Positions 46,299 to 57,158 are shown, numbered from the stretch's first letter. The stretch is DNA of 64,000 nt from Spirochaetota bacterium (GCA_043803405.1 JAZDKB010000019.1:304338-368337), one strand, 5' to 3'. Notes: a model not told the origin generated them from the sequence alone. Translations and numbers: made by a program.

Positions 46299-47750
46299 TT
46301 AAAAGCTTCCGCCTGCAAGGAGGGCAAATCCGCCGCTTCCGGGACCTTTGGACAGATCCCACGCGTAATTGATCTCGATATATGAATGCTTGAATTCTAT
46401 TGAGCACCTTGCTCCGCCGCCTGTTCTGCTCTTCCATTCGAGCGTTTCATCCTGAAAGTAGCCTGTGTTCACAAAAGGCCCTGCGTAAATGAATTGCGGG
46501 ATTATCTCATATTCAATGTCCATAGCTGCCGTGTTTTTCCATTTGGAGGCAGTATAGTCATCGAAGAATCCAAGCAGCCTTTTGTCGTAAACGTATTGCC
46601 AAAAGTAACGTTCATCCATTGTTGTATAATACGAATAGAGCAGGGGAGTGACCCTGAACCGCGTAACAGGAGTGAACGCGGTCTTTAATTCTCCGGACGA
46701 AATAACATATATCTTCTCGCTCAAATCGCTTTTACCCGAAGATGCGGTTAACTTAAGGCCGCTTGCGTCCTTTCTTGAAAGCAAAGTTGATTTATTGGAG
46801 ATATTTATTTCCATGGTGATTCTTGTGTCGTAATCGCGGAATGTTTTTTCATCCGTCCTGTAATCCTTTATGTCCGATATTATTTCATTCGCGTATAGAT
46901 CAATAAATAAATATTTATATAATGCCCTGTATCCGAGAACCGGCGATAACGAACTTCTCCTGTAATCGGAGTCGCGGGATTCCCAGCGCTCAAGGAACGT
47001 GGCAATGTTCGTTCCGATATAGAAGCCGCGCGGATCATTGTCCGGAAAAAGAAAATATTTTACATCGAATTCCGCTCTCCTCAGTTTGCCTTCCCTGTAG
47101 CCAATCTTTGCGTAAAGATCGGCCGCTGTATCGATAAACGGGTAGTAATAACCGAGATACGGGGATATGCCGTAAACAGGTTCATAGCCCAGTCCCCCGT
47201 AGAAATTTCCTTTTTCTTTTTTATTGAGCTTTATGGACAGGAAGACGTCGCTTGTGTCTCCGTAATTGACAGGGTAAATCCGGACAGTATCCAGGCTGTA
47301 ATTATACTTAACTGTTTCCGCTGTTTTTTCTATCTCAAACCTGTTATAGATACTCCCAATGAACGGGTTAAATGTTTTTTCAACCTGATCCTTATTTTTG
47401 CCTTCGATGCCGCTGATGTTCAGCCCCAGTATCCTGGATTCCTTTACATGTATTTCCAGCACCCCGTCATCGCGCATCACCAGCTTTTCAACGTAGCTTG
47501 TAGTATAACCCTTTTCATGATATTCATCCGTCACTTTTACACCGATTGATTCAATATCTGTCTTTGATAACCCGCCTTTGATATTCGAAATATATTGCTT
47601 TATTTCAAGATCGATTGTGCTGCCAATGATCTCCGTGCGTTTAACCTCGATCGCAAAAAGATTCGGGCTGATCAGTAAAATAAATGTCAGGATAATTGAG
47701 AGAAAGGCGATTTTGTTAAATATTGCGGCAGGGGCGTTTGCGTTAAACAT
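46299..47750 (-). CDS. Omp85-family (BamA/TamA/TpsB-like) outer-membrane beta-barrel protein with a single POTRA-like domain. Start probably MFNANAPAAIF at 47750.
   Basis: Signal peptide, a POTRA-like N-terminal region, beta-strand-rich alternating aromatic pattern, and a C-terminal aromatic residue (F). Confidence 0.55.
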   Translation of the reverse strand: MFNANAPAAIFNKIAFLSIILTFILLISPNLFAIEVKRTEIIGSTIDLEIKQYISNIKGGLSKTDIESIGVKVTDEYHEKGYTTSYVEKLVMRDDGVLEIHVKESRILGLNISGIEGKNKDQVEKTFNPFIGSIYNRFEIEKTAETVKYNYSLDTVRIYPVNYGDTSDVFLSIKLNKKEKGNFYGGLGYEPVYGISPYLGYYYPFIDTAADLYAKIGYREGKLRRAEFDVKYFLFPDNDPRGFYIGTNIATFLERWESRDSDYRRSSLSPVLGYRALYKYLFIDLYANEIISDIKDYRTDEKTFRDYDTRITMEINISNKSTLLSRKDASGLKLTASSGKSDLSEKIYVISSGELKTAFTPVTRFRVTPLLYSYYTTMDERYFWQYVYDKRLLGFFDDYTASKWKNTAAMDIEYEIIPQFIYAGPFVNTGYFQDETLEWKSRTGGGARCSIEFKHSYIEINYAWDLSKGPGSGGFALLAGGSF

Positions 47751-47757
47751 ATTGTCC

Positions 47758-48591
47758 TCATTGTTGCAGGTATTTTTTCTTAGCATCAGCAGGGAACGCG
47801 GCTTTAAATAATTTCTCATCAACGGAATAGTTAAGGCGTATGCCGGAATATATCGTAATATTTCTCGTAATTCCTTTATCTGTTCTGGCGTAAATATCTA
47901 TTCTCGAAGGGAAGTTTATATTTTTTATTTTTTTATAATCTTCATATATTTCTTTCATGATTTCAACACCGGCGCTGTCAGTAATGATCTTTGAAAGTAG
48001 AGCTTTGTTCTTCGCGTCAATCATGATATTAAAGCTAAGTTTGTTTTTAACATCATCGACAATATATTGATGCGCTGAATTGAAAAAGCCGTAAAAATGC
48101 TTTCCCATGTAATTTATTTTAAATTGGTTGCCGGATTCATTTTGCTTAAATTCCTGAAGCGGATTGATTTTCGGTTTGTTCGGGACCGCATTGTTCCCGA
48201 TAATATACAGGACATTATCATCATGGAAATACCAGTAAAGTGAAGCGCCGTTGTTTAAAACTATTTGCTTTGAAGGCGCAGTGTAATCTATCCTGAAACG
48301 CCCCCTGTCGTCTGCTATGTATCTTCCTTTGAAAACTTCCCTGCCGTGTTCCGGCGTGTTTACATGCTGAACTATTTCAGCGTCTATTGATCTGATTCCT
48401 GTATTCGCTTCAATAATTTCGCTAAAGGGCAGGGGAGATGTTTCTTCCGCGGATGAAGCGGCATTAAATATTATTATAAAAAATACGGTTAAAATAATAT
48501 TTATTAAGGATTGATTCCGGGGTTTATGATGGGTAGTTGTCCCCGGATATGTGCCGCTCATGTGTAGTTTAAGATTACCCGGATTCTTCAT
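47758..48591 (-). CDS. LolA-like / DUF4292-like periplasmic or OM-lipoprotein-sorting-fold protein
   Basis: Signal/anchor. FKGRYIADDRGRFRIDYTAPSKQIVLNNGASLYWYF resembles the LolA beta-barrel N-terminal half. Confidence 0.4.
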   Translation of the reverse strand: MKNPGNLKLHMSGTYPGTTTHHKPRNQSLINIILTVFFIIIFNAASSAEETSPLPFSEIIEANTGIRSIDAEIVQHVNTPEHGREVFKGRYIADDRGRFRIDYTAPSKQIVLNNGASLYWYFHDDNVLYIIGNNAVPNKPKINPLQEFKQNESGNQFKINYMGKHFYGFFNSAHQYIVDDVKNKLSFNIMIDAKNKALLSKIITDSAGVEIMKEIYEDYKKIKNINFPSRIDIYARTDKGITRNITIYSGIRLNYSVDEKLFKAAFPADAKKKYLQQ

Positions 48592-48597
48592 TACAAA

Positions 48598-49197
48598 TTA
48601 AAGCTGTGTCATTAAATACATAATGCGGCTGGCCCTTTCCCTGGGCATAAGCGAAATAAGATATGAAGAGATGCTCGTTTTGCCTGCATTTGCCGCGTCC
48701 GCGTCGATCTGGCGCAGAACGTCGATCACCAGCGTGTCTTCCCAGTTCACAATGATCTGTATGGCTTCTTCCGGCCTCATGCTGTAGATCTTCTGGGCAA
48801 GATCCGTGACATTTTTTTTGTAGCCGGAATACATATGTTTTTCTTTTTCAATCTTTTCTTTCTCTAATCCAAGCCCTTTTCTTATTTCCTGAAGTTTCTC
48901 TTTTTCCTTTTCCAGTTCCTTTTCGGTCTGTTCAATGCCTGCCTCGCGCTTGTCCAGCTCCTCGATCCTTTCTTTAAGCTTTTCGTTCTGCTTTTCGAAC
49001 TCCTCGCGCTCAATCAGCGAAGGCTCATCATCGGCAGCGTCCACAACGGATGCGACATCGCTTTTTGTGTATGATCTGACTACTTTGTTTATATTCAGAA
49101 TACCGATGTAATCAAGCCAGAAAACACCTACAACCACGATAAATATTATCAGGATGATTAAGAAAAATACCTTTGCTCTTTCACTCGATAGTTTCAT
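48598..49197 (-). CDS. YlxF/MotE-like flagellar protein (N-terminal TM, coiled coil, C-terminal MgtE_N-like domain)
   Basis: It sits immediately after fliJ, as ylxF does in the Bacillus fla/che operon. EKEKEKLQE coiled coil. C-terminus RPEEAIQIIVNWEDTLVIDVL. Confidence 0.5.
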   Translation of the reverse strand: MKLSSERAKVFFLIILIIFIVVVGVFWLDYIGILNINKVVRSYTKSDVASVVDAADDEPSLIEREEFEKQNEKLKERIEELDKREAGIEQTEKELEKEKEKLQEIRKGLGLEKEKIEKEKHMYSGYKKNVTDLAQKIYSMRPEEAIQIIVNWEDTLVIDVLRQIDADAANAGKTSISSYLISLMPRERASRIMYLMTQL

Positions 49198-49261
49198 ATT
49201 TCACTTCCAGACTGCAATAATATAATTAAAAGTTTATCCTTAAAGGCAAACCCATAGCATT

Positions 49262-49834
49262 TCACTTTATATTCTGAATATATGCATCCATCACTTTTTT
49301 AATATAGTCATGCGTTTCCTTTATCGGAGGAATACCGCTATTCCTGTCAACAGCCTTTTCGCCTGCGTTATAAGCAGCCAGGGCTTTTTTAAAGTCCCAT
49401 TCATATTTATCCATCAGCTTTTTTAAAATGCCGACACCGGCCTGGATATTATCTTCGGCATTAAAAGGATTTGCCACCCCCATCTCGGCCAAAGCGCCGG
49501 GCATAAGCTGCATAAGCCCGGCCGCGCCCTTTCGCGAAACGGCATTGGGGTTGTAATCCGACTCTGCTTTAATGACAGCATCAACAAGAGCAGGGGGCAG
49601 TCCTTTTTTAATTGCGTAATCTTTCGCTATCTCTTTTATTTTAGGCACAGTAATATTTGTTTTAATTTCATTTTGCGAATCGGCCTTATTGCTGCCGGCA
49701 ATATGTTCATTAACGGAATTATCAAATTTATTATTTTGTGCATTGCTGATAAACTGGGCAGGCTTTTTTGTTGCTTTAAAACGCCTTTGAAGTTCATTGA
49801 TTCTGGTTAAAGCTTTATACATGTCTTCAAGCAT
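49262..49834 (-). CDS. Lytic transglycosylase (SLT domain) embedded in the flagellar operon. Likely a rod-associated peptidoglycan hydrolase.
   Basis: AESDYNPNAVSRKGAAGLMQLMP...AYNAG, the catalytic-Glu SLT motif set. Confidence 0.8.
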   Translation of the reverse strand: MLEDMYKALTRINELQRRFKATKKPAQFISNAQNNKFDNSVNEHIAGSNKADSQNEIKTNITVPKIKEIAKDYAIKKGLPPALVDAVIKAESDYNPNAVSRKGAAGLMQLMPGALAEMGVANPFNAEDNIQAGVGILKKLMDKYEWDFKKALAAYNAGEKAVDRNSGIPPIKETHDYIKKVMDAYIQNIK

Positions 49835-49851
49835 GTATTTTCTCCGTTATG

Positions 49852-50316
49852 TTATTGATAAAGATCATCTGCCCGATGTTTCTGGAATATCTTCTGATTC
49901 ATGTCGTCGTTCTCTTTTGCGATTTCCCTGTTAAAATTATATAAGAATTCCCTGAACTTTTTCTCTTTAAGCTTTTCCACTACTTTTTTCTGTTTCGATG
50001 CTTCTATTAATCTTCCCCTGACCTTTTGAATCTCAGGCTCCATCTGCTGTATCTTGTGCTCGGCAATGTTTATAGCCTTGTTGGCGGTCTCAGTAAATCT
50101 TTCGTACATCATTACTTCATTATAGGAAAATGTTTTTGCTTCAAGCATTGTCCTCAGGGCTTTTTTTCGTTCAGCCATGTTTTTCTGCAATTCAAACTGT
50201 TTGTTTCTTTCGATATTCTGGACATGAACAAGTGCTGCAAGTTCGTTTTTAATCTGCTTTTCCATTGCTTCGCGTATATCCAGCAGCTTATGCAGTTTAA
50301 ATTTAAATTTTTTCAT
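49852..50316 (-). CDS. fliJ: Flagellar export chaperone-like protein FliJ
   Basis: 154-aa all-helical coiled coil directly downstream of fliI. KFKLHKLLDIRE N-terminus. Confidence 0.75.
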   Translation of the reverse strand: MKKFKFKLHKLLDIREAMEKQIKNELAALVHVQNIERNKQFELQKNMAERKKALRTMLEAKTFSYNEVMMYERFTETANKAINIAEHKIQQMEPEIQKVRGRLIEASKQKKVVEKLKEKKFREFLYNFNREIAKENDDMNQKIFQKHRADDLYQ

Positions 50317-50370
50317 AGTTACTTAGTAAAATGTTTCATCGATATAAAAAAATTTTGGATGCACCATTAA

Positions 50371-51774
50371 TTATCTTTTAGCTGCAGGAAACGGCCGTCT
50401 CTGATTAATAAGATCTTTTCTCGGAGGTTTAACCGGTTCCTGTGTAAACATTCCTTTCAATTTAGAAAGAATATTATCATAGGTATCCTTTTCGTACATA
50501 TCCTGTTTTAAAAAGGCATTTATTTTGCCTATCATTTCAATTGCTTTATCCACCAGAGGATTGGAGCCTTTCGCGTACGCGCCAAGATTGATCAGGTCTT
50601 CAGCTTCCCTGTACGAAGCTAAAAGCTCCCTGAACTGGCCGGCTGCCTTCTGATGATCTTTTTCCGTTACATCGCGCATGCACCTGGATATCGAAGCAAG
50701 CACGTCAATGGCAGGGTAGTGGCCTTTGTTCGCAAGGTTGCGGTCAAGTACGAGGTGGCCGTCCAGGATACCTCTAACAGCATCGGCGATCGGCTCGTTC
50801 ATGTCGTCTGCTTCAACCAGAATAGTATAAAATCCGGTTATGCTGCCGCTTCCTTCTTTTGTGCCCGAGCGCTCCAGCAGCCTCGGCAGAAGTGAGAATA
50901 CCGAGGGCGGGAAGCCCCTGGTAGCGGATGGTTCGCCTGCCGCAAGCCCCACCTCCCTCTGCGCAAGGGCGAACCTGGTTACCGAGTCCATCATCAGGTT
51001 GACGTCTTTGCCCTTGTCCCTGAAGTATTCGGCTACTGCATGCCCCAGGAATGCGCCTCTAATTCTCAGCATAGGAGGCTGATCCGATGTCGCTACAACA
51101 ACAACAGAGCGCTTTAAGCCTTCTTCGCCAAGTTCCTTTTCCACGAAGTTCCTTACCTCGCGGCCGCGTTCTCCTATAAGTACTATTACGTTTATGTCTG
51201 CGGATGTGTACCGCGCTATCATTCCCAGTAAAATGGATTTGCCGACTCCGGAACCTGAGAATATTCCTATTCTCTGGCCCTTGCCTACGGTATTAAGGCC
51301 ATCGATGGCCCTGATCCCCACTGAAAGCGGTTTTTCTATAATGCTTCTTACAAGCGGATTCATCGATTTTCCCATAACAGGATAAGTTTCTTTAGTAAAA
51401 ATTTCTCCTTTACTGTCAAGGGGCTTACCGAGTCCGTTTATTACCCTGCCGAGCAGTTCCGGCCCAACAGGCACCGAAAGAGATGCTCCGGCTGCCGTTA
51501 CTTCTGCCCCGGCAATAACTCCCTTCATTTCTCCTATGGGCATCAGCACAATTCTGTCCTTATTGAAACCCACCACTTCGGCAAATAAAAATTCTCCGTT
51601 ATCGATCTCAATTTTGCATAATTCGCCGTGTTTAACAACCGGGCCCTTTGATTCTATTGTGAGGCCTACTACCCTTTCAACCCTGCCCGTAAACTTAATT
51701 ACTTCAGTCTGGTTTATCAGGTCTTTGTATTTGGAGAGTATGTCAATCTTTTCATGCGGGAGAATTTGTATCAT
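50371..51774 (-). CDS. fliI: Flagellum-specific ATPase FliI. Start reassigned to 51774 (MIQILPHE...).
   Basis: Walker A GSGVGKS. FliI/T3SS ATPase core ...AGEPSATRGFPPSVF... Confidence 0.95.
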   Translation of the reverse strand: MIQILPHEKIDILSKYKDLINQTEVIKFTGRVERVVGLTIESKGPVVKHGELCKIEIDNGEFLFAEVVGFNKDRIVLMPIGEMKGVIAGAEVTAAGASLSVPVGPELLGRVINGLGKPLDSKGEIFTKETYPVMGKSMNPLVRSIIEKPLSVGIRAIDGLNTVGKGQRIGIFSGSGVGKSILLGMIARYTSADINVIVLIGERGREVRNFVEKELGEEGLKRSVVVVATSDQPPMLRIRGAFLGHAVAEYFRDKGKDVNLMMDSVTRFALAQREVGLAAGEPSATRGFPPSVFSLLPRLLERSGTKEGSGSITGFYTILVEADDMNEPIADAVRGILDGHLVLDRNLANKGHYPAIDVLASISRCMRDVTEKDHQKAAGQFRELLASYREAEDLINLGAYAKGSNPLVDKAIEMIGKINAFLKQDMYEKDTYDNILSKLKGMFTQEPVKPPRKDLINQRRPFPAAKR

Positions 51775-52050
51775 TATATAATCCTGTATAATTAAAAAAA
51801 TAATTAGCCACAAAGGCGCAGAGACACGGAGAATCGTTTCTTAAAATATAGTTCTATTTAAAATAGACTTGTTTGAGTAAAATTTTAAATCATTTCATAA
51901 ATTAATTTAATACATTTCTATGCCTCAGTGTCTCTGTGGCATGTTTTTATAAAGCCTTAAAGTAATCGGTCATAAGGCTATTATAAATTTAACTTTATTA
52001 TGTCGCATCGCGCTTTAAAAAATACCGCTTAATTCGGTAAAAACCGGTTA

Positions 52051-52977
52051 TTAAACGGTTATTGCGCTGCGGATAGATTCTTCAATTGCGTCAAGCTGTG
52101 TCGAAACCCTTGCATCAATAGCGCCTACGTCGGTTTCAATAATACATCCGCCGCGGTCTACTCTGTTGTCTTCATATATGTTTACTTTCTTTAATGAATC
52201 CATCATTTTTATAAGCTCATCTTTATGAGCTGTAGTCATATCAAGGTCGGCAAAGTTAACGCGGATGTCGATCCTGTCTCTGTCTTTGACTCTTTGTATC
52301 GCTTCTTTAATATTGTTTATAACAACTTCGCGTCTTTCAACAATCTCATCTTTAATTACTTTTCTGGATATCATGAGGATCATGTCAGTCATCAGCTTTT
52401 CGGATGATCTTATAATATCGTCCCTGATGTCTACTGCTGTGGAAACAATGGTGCCCAGCCTGTCAACAAGCCTTAATACCTCGGCCTGGCCCTCTTTATA
52501 TCCTTCTTCGCGGCCTGCCTCGTATCCTTTTTTATATGCCTGGTGTTCGATTTCCGAGACCTTTAGCTCGGCTTCCTTAATCATTTTTTCCGCTTCGTAT
52601 TTGCCGCGCTCTATTTCCTGATCCGTTTCGATCTTGAATTTTTCTCTTTCTACTTTTATCTGCTCTTTTGCTTCCTGCAGTTGCTTGAACGCGGCTGCTT
52701 TTCCGTTCTCGATTATTTGATTTTCCTGCTGTCTTGCCTCATCGATAAGCTTGCGGACTTCTTCCTCTGTTTCTCTTCTGTAACGCTCAAGTTCCGCTTC
52801 CATTTCTTCAATGGACGGGCCCTGGTAAACATCTATTGGGTTGCCGTGTTCATCAACTTCGTATTCCTTGTATTCTTCATCGGAAATAACATTTTTTTGA
52901 TATTTTTCCGGAAGTTCTATCTGCTTAACAGTCTGTACAAATTTTATTTCGTTCGGTTTAAATACTAACTTAGACAA
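52051..52977 (-). CDS. fliH: Flagellar assembly protein FliH
   Basis: Glu/Lys-rich coiled coil, then AYKKGYEAGREEGYKEGQAE, then a C-terminal FliH domain. Overlaps the fliG stop. Confidence 0.8.
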   Translation of the reverse strand: MSKLVFKPNEIKFVQTVKQIELPEKYQKNVISDEEYKEYEVDEHGNPIDVYQGPSIEEMEAELERYRRETEEEVRKLIDEARQQENQIIENGKAAAFKQLQEAKEQIKVEREKFKIETDQEIERGKYEAEKMIKEAELKVSEIEHQAYKKGYEAGREEGYKEGQAEVLRLVDRLGTIVSTAVDIRDDIIRSSEKLMTDMILMISRKVIKDEIVERREVVINNIKEAIQRVKDRDRIDIRVNFADLDMTTAHKDELIKMMDSLKKVNIYEDNRVDRGGCIIETDVGAIDARVSTQLDAIEESIRSAITV

Positions 52978-53986
52978 TTAATTCCTCCTCGCCTGCTCTT
53001 GCTACAATTATGTCTCCGGCATCTTCAAGTTTTCTGATAATATTGACAATTTTTTGCTGGGATTCTTCAACATCCCGGAGCCTGATCGGTCCCATAAAAT
53101 CCATATCTTCGCGCAGCAGGGAAGCGGCTCTCTTGGACATGTTCCGGTATATTTTCTCCTGAACTTCGGCATCGACTCCCTTCAATGCCTTGCCGAGATC
53201 CTGGTTGTCGACTTCGCGCAGTACTTTCTGAATGGACCTGTCGTCAAGAAGCACGATGTCTTCAAAGATAAACATTCTCTTTTTAATTTCTTCCGCAAGT
53301 TCAGGGTCTTCCTCTTCCAGCGCTTCTATGATGATTTTTTCGGTTCCGCGGTCAACCTGGTTCAGTACTTCTACTATTGCGTCTATACCGCCTGCCGATG
53401 TATAGTCCTCACTTGCCAGCGTGGATAATTTTCTTTCAAGTACTCTTTCGACTTCACGCAGAACGTCCGGAGATGTTCTGTCCATGGTTGCTATTCTTCT
53501 GGCTACGTCGGCCTGTATCTGGTGGCTGAGGCCGCCCAGAATTAAAGCTGCTTTATTCGGTTCAAGATAGGATAATATTAATGCGATTGTCTGAGGATGC
53601 TCCCCCTGAATAAAGTTAAGCAAATGGCTCGGATCTGTTCTCCGTATAAAGTCGAAAGGCCTGACCTGCAAAGATGATGTTAGCCTGTTGACAATATCAA
53701 TTGCCTTTTGCGTACCGAGAGCTCTTTCAAGTACTTCGCGTGCATAGTCAATGCCCCCGGAAGAAATAAAACCCTGCGCCATCATCATTTCCTGGAATTC
53801 CATGAGGACTTTATCTTTATCCTCGGCTTCTACTTTGTCCAGTCTTGCGATCTCAAAAGTTAACTGCTCTATCTCGTCTTCGCGCAGATGTTTAAATATT
53901 TCGGATGAAACATCGGAGCCAAGGGATACGAGAAATACGGCAGCTTTTTGTCTGCCTGTCAGTTGGGATTTTTTGGATTGAAGCAT
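52970..53986 (-). CDS. fliG: Flagellar motor switch protein FliG
   Basis: LTGRQKAAVFLVSLGSDVSSEIFKHL...EEIKKRMFIFEDI. 338 aa. Confidence 0.9.
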   Translation of the reverse strand: MLQSKKSQLTGRQKAAVFLVSLGSDVSSEIFKHLREDEIEQLTFEIARLDKVEAEDKDKVLMEFQEMMMAQGFISSGGIDYAREVLERALGTQKAIDIVNRLTSSLQVRPFDFIRRTDPSHLLNFIQGEHPQTIALILSYLEPNKAALILGGLSHQIQADVARRIATMDRTSPDVLREVERVLERKLSTLASEDYTSAGGIDAIVEVLNQVDRGTEKIIIEALEEEDPELAEEIKKRMFIFEDIVLLDDRSIQKVLREVDNQDLGKALKGVDAEVQEKIYRNMSKRAASLLREDMDFMGPIRLRDVEESQQKIVNIIRKLEDAGDIIVARAGEEELIV

Positions 53987-54217
53987 CCTTTTACCTCACA
54001 ACTCAATCCTTACAAGTATTGTTAATAAATGATATAAGGTTGCTGTGCTTTATGTAATTTATACGCAATGAGCCGAATTAAAATTTACATTAAACTTCAC
54101 AATATTTATTATTTCTATATGAAAGCCGCACATCGCATTAATTATAATATATATATGAATAATCGGCAGTCAAGTCCGTTTTTATGATGAAGTTTTAACC
54201 GGTCTCAAATTACCACA

Positions 54218-55918
54218 TTATTCTTCGGCCAGCCATGTTTTTAACAGCTGAGCCACTTCATCCGGCCTCTCTTTAGCCAGATTAACCGCGTTTTTCTGAA
54301 GTTCAAGCCTTGCTTTTTCTTCAAGCGAAAGTTCAACATCAACGCCTTCTTCTTCTGCGGCTCTTAAGGCAGCTTCACGCATTCTCTGCTGTTCAAGCGC
54401 CAGCCGTTCCTCTTTCATCCTTCTTCTTCTTGCAAGCTCTCTCGATATAAATCTGAATAAAATTATGCCAAGCACAAGGGCAAATACCCCGATAAGGGCT
54501 GCAAGCAGCGTTTTCCGTATCCTTTCTTTTTTTATAAAATCTTCACGGACTTCCTGCCATTGTTTTGTCCTGTCAAACATGATATTCTCAACAGCGACCT
54601 GGTCTCCGCGCCCTTCATTGAAATTAATGGATTTTTTAACGATATTTTCAGCCTGTTTAAGCTCATCGCGTGAAAGAGCTGCCTGTACAGGGGGTTTCGT
54701 CGGATCAAGATCATATTCTCCGTCGGCGGTTCTCGGCATAGACTGGCTGCCATCTATCGCAATTGCAACGGACAGACTTGTAATGTCATAGGGATCGCGC
54801 TGAATTTTTTTTAATGTTTTATTAACAGCGTAATTTCGTACGTTTTCCTGTTTGTCGTATTTCGAAAACTGGTCGTCGCTGGCCTTATAACCAGGAGGTG
54901 TATTGCTTTCCGTGCCGGCCGGGCCCTGTGGATTCCAGCCGTGTCCCTGGAAATTTTCCGATGTAGCTTTCTCCGAAATAACAAAGGAATCCTTAACCTT
55001 TCTTGTGGAATACGGCTTTGTCGGGTCGTTGGGTTCCATTTCAATCGGAGTATATTCTTCCTTATCTTCCGAAACGACATCCCAGTTGAATGCCATGTTT
55101 AATCTTACAATCTGGATCCTGTCCGGAGTATAAATCCTTTCAAGCCCTGCTCTTATATCCTTTAAAAGCTGAACTCTCGCTTTCTCTTCGATTTTTCTTC
55201 TGCTTTCAACAAGAGAAAACTCGGCTTTTGCTTTATCAATGTCGTCATCAAATTCTGAAATAATGTTTCCGAGTTCGTCCGTTACAGTAACATTTTCAGG
55301 TTTCAGTTTGCCTCCCACAGCTCTTGAAACCAGATACATAATACCTTTAATTTCTTTTTTGCTTAACTTATCGTATCCCGGGGCAAGATGGACGGTTACA
55401 GCGGCAGTATAAGGATTGTCTTTTTCGGTAAATAACTCGTCCTGGGTGATTGCGATCTCAACATCTGCTTTATCGATATTTTTTAAGGATTCGATATGTT
55501 TTTTAATCTCGTCGCGGAGAGCCCTCATGTACTTTACGTCGATTTCCCTGTTCGTTTCAGTCCAGTTCGACAGATCGAATAGCTTCCAGCCGGGGATGCC
55601 TTTAGGAATCATGTTTTCCTGGGCAAGCCGTGTGAGCATTTGTTCCCTTTGATCGGGATGTACAAAGATTGAGGTAGTTCCTGTTGTTTTATACCGGAAT
55701 CCCAGTTCCTCCAGCTTTTTGGTTACCTGCCCGAAATCTTCTGATGGAAGTTCGGAAAAAAGAACCACGTCGGCCTTTGTACCCGAGACTGAAAAAAGCA
55801 CAATAAATGAGATACAAACAACAGCTAAAACAACTATTGAAATAATCTTTTTTGTTTTATCCAGCTTTAAAAAGATATCTTTTAGCTGATTGAACAGTTT
55901 CTTAATGAATTCTCCCAT
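54218..55918 (-). CDS. fliF: Flagellar MS-ring protein FliF
   Basis: 566 aa. N-terminal TM, a ring-building region, and a C-terminal TM plus charged tail. Confidence 0.9.
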   Translation of the reverse strand: MGEFIKKLFNQLKDIFLKLDKTKKIISIVVLAVVCISFIVLFSVSGTKADVVLFSELPSEDFGQVTKKLEELGFRYKTTGTTSIFVHPDQREQMLTRLAQENMIPKGIPGWKLFDLSNWTETNREIDVKYMRALRDEIKKHIESLKNIDKADVEIAITQDELFTEKDNPYTAAVTVHLAPGYDKLSKKEIKGIMYLVSRAVGGKLKPENVTVTDELGNIISEFDDDIDKAKAEFSLVESRRKIEEKARVQLLKDIRAGLERIYTPDRIQIVRLNMAFNWDVVSEDKEEYTPIEMEPNDPTKPYSTRKVKDSFVISEKATSENFQGHGWNPQGPAGTESNTPPGYKASDDQFSKYDKQENVRNYAVNKTLKKIQRDPYDITSLSVAIAIDGSQSMPRTADGEYDLDPTKPPVQAALSRDELKQAENIVKKSINFNEGRGDQVAVENIMFDRTKQWQEVREDFIKKERIRKTLLAALIGVFALVLGIILFRFISRELARRRRMKEERLALEQQRMREAALRAAEEEGVDVELSLEEKARLELQKNAVNLAKERPDEVAQLLKTWLAEE

Positions 55919-56069
55919 GAATTATCCCTCCCAATTCATGATATGCGACATAACACATAATTCACACAATAAAAAAAATTTGTAAAGTAAAATTTTAGTT
56001 ATATACAAAAAAAGCATTTTTGCACATTTTACCTGGGACATAAAATACTTAACGAAGATCATCCTGCTT

Positions 56070-56408
56070 TTACCTTAAATTCATTAATTCTCTGTACGAT
56101 CTTATCGCTTCGTCTCTTACGGCTTTAGTGAAGTTTAAAGCGATTTCAGCCTTCTGAGCGGCTATCATTACCGTGTGAATATCCACCGATTCCGGCTCGT
56201 GAATCATCTTCTGGTTCAGTTCATCCGAGTCACCGAGCAGATTATTTACTTTCCCTACAGCTTTCATTAATGCATCTGCGAAGGAGCCGGTTACATCATC
56301 AGCTGCACGCTCAAACTTTTGTTCTTCTTTTATTCCTGTATAATGAAGCGGATGGCTGGTTTTCATGTTAACAATAGTGCCTAAAGTTTTATCTGCGATT
56401 GTGTTCAT
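56070..56408 (-). CDS. fliE: Flagellar hook-basal body protein FliE
   Basis: 112 aa with the C-terminus VDIHTVMIAAQKAEIALNFTKAVRDEAIRSYRELMNL. Confidence 0.85.
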   Translation of the reverse strand: MNTIADKTLGTIVNMKTSHPLHYTGIKEEQKFERAADDVTGSFADALMKAVGKVNNLLGDSDELNQKMIHEPESVDIHTVMIAAQKAEIALNFTKAVRDEAIRSYRELMNLR

Positions 56409-56418
56409 TGTAATTCTC

Positions 56419-56562
56419 CTAAGCTGTTTTTAAATTTTGCAATACTGCGGGTTTTTGATACTGTCCTTCGCGCGGTTCCAGCCTTTCTTTTCTTATATTT
56501 ATTCTGCCTGAAAGATCGTGGGAAAGGTTGATTTCTTTTTCGCCTATTATTTCTTTGTTCAT
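56419..56562 (-). CDS. Possible small ORF (47 aa, MNKEIIGEKEINLSHDLSGRINIRKERLEPREGQYQKPAVLQNLKTA) between flgC and fliE
   Basis: A GGAGAA RBS 5 nt upstream of the ATG. The stop lies immediately before the fliE RBS. It is absent from the track because it is under 60 aa. Confidence 0.25.
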   Translation of the reverse strand: MNKEIIGEKEINLSHDLSGRINIRKERLEPREGQYQKPAVLQNLKTA

Positions 56563-56688
56563 TTGTTTTCTCCTTAACTATGTATTGTCTTAAGATTTAC
56601 CACAGAGATGCAGAGGTACAGAGTTTTAAAAGATAAAAAAATTGAAATTTTTCATATTCAATATATTTTTAATATATACTGTTTGTTT

Positions 56689-57147
56689 TTATGCTCTGCC
56701 CAGTTCAAGCGCCTTGCCGAACATCGCTTTTGTGTTATTTATCATCATTACATTTGCTTCATAAGACCTTGAGGCAGATATTAAATCCACCATTTCGGTA
56801 ACAACATCCACGTTCGGCATTTCAACATAGCCTTTTTTGTCCCCGATTTTAACGGCATCGGGATGGGTCGGATCGTAAACAAGCCTGAAAGGCTTTTGGT
56901 CGTCTTCTATCTTTACGATTCGAACTCCCTGTCCGGTCCCGTGCTCAATTCTGCCGGGGACAAGAGGGGACTTGTAAAACGGTCTTACGTTTACAGGCGC
57001 AAATACAGCGCGCTTTCTTCTGTATGCTCCGCCTTCGGGTGTGCGGGTTGTTGTGGCGTTAGTGATGTTATTGCTTATCAGATCCATCCGGAGCCTCTGG
57101 GCTGTAAGCCCGGTTGATGCAACGTTCAGTTCAGTGAACATTCCCAT
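56689..57147 (-). CDS. flgC: Flagellar basal-body rod protein FlgC
   Basis: MFTELNVASTGLTAQRLRMDLISNNITNATTT. C-terminus YVEMPNVDVVTEMVDLISASRSYEANV. Confidence 0.95.
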   Translation of the reverse strand: MGMFTELNVASTGLTAQRLRMDLISNNITNATTTRTPEGGAYRRKRAVFAPVNVRPFYKSPLVPGRIEHGTGQGVRIVKIEDDQKPFRLVYDPTHPDAVKIGDKKGYVEMPNVDVVTEMVDLISASRSYEANVMMINNTKAMFGKALELGRA

Positions 57148-57158
57148 AATTTATCTCC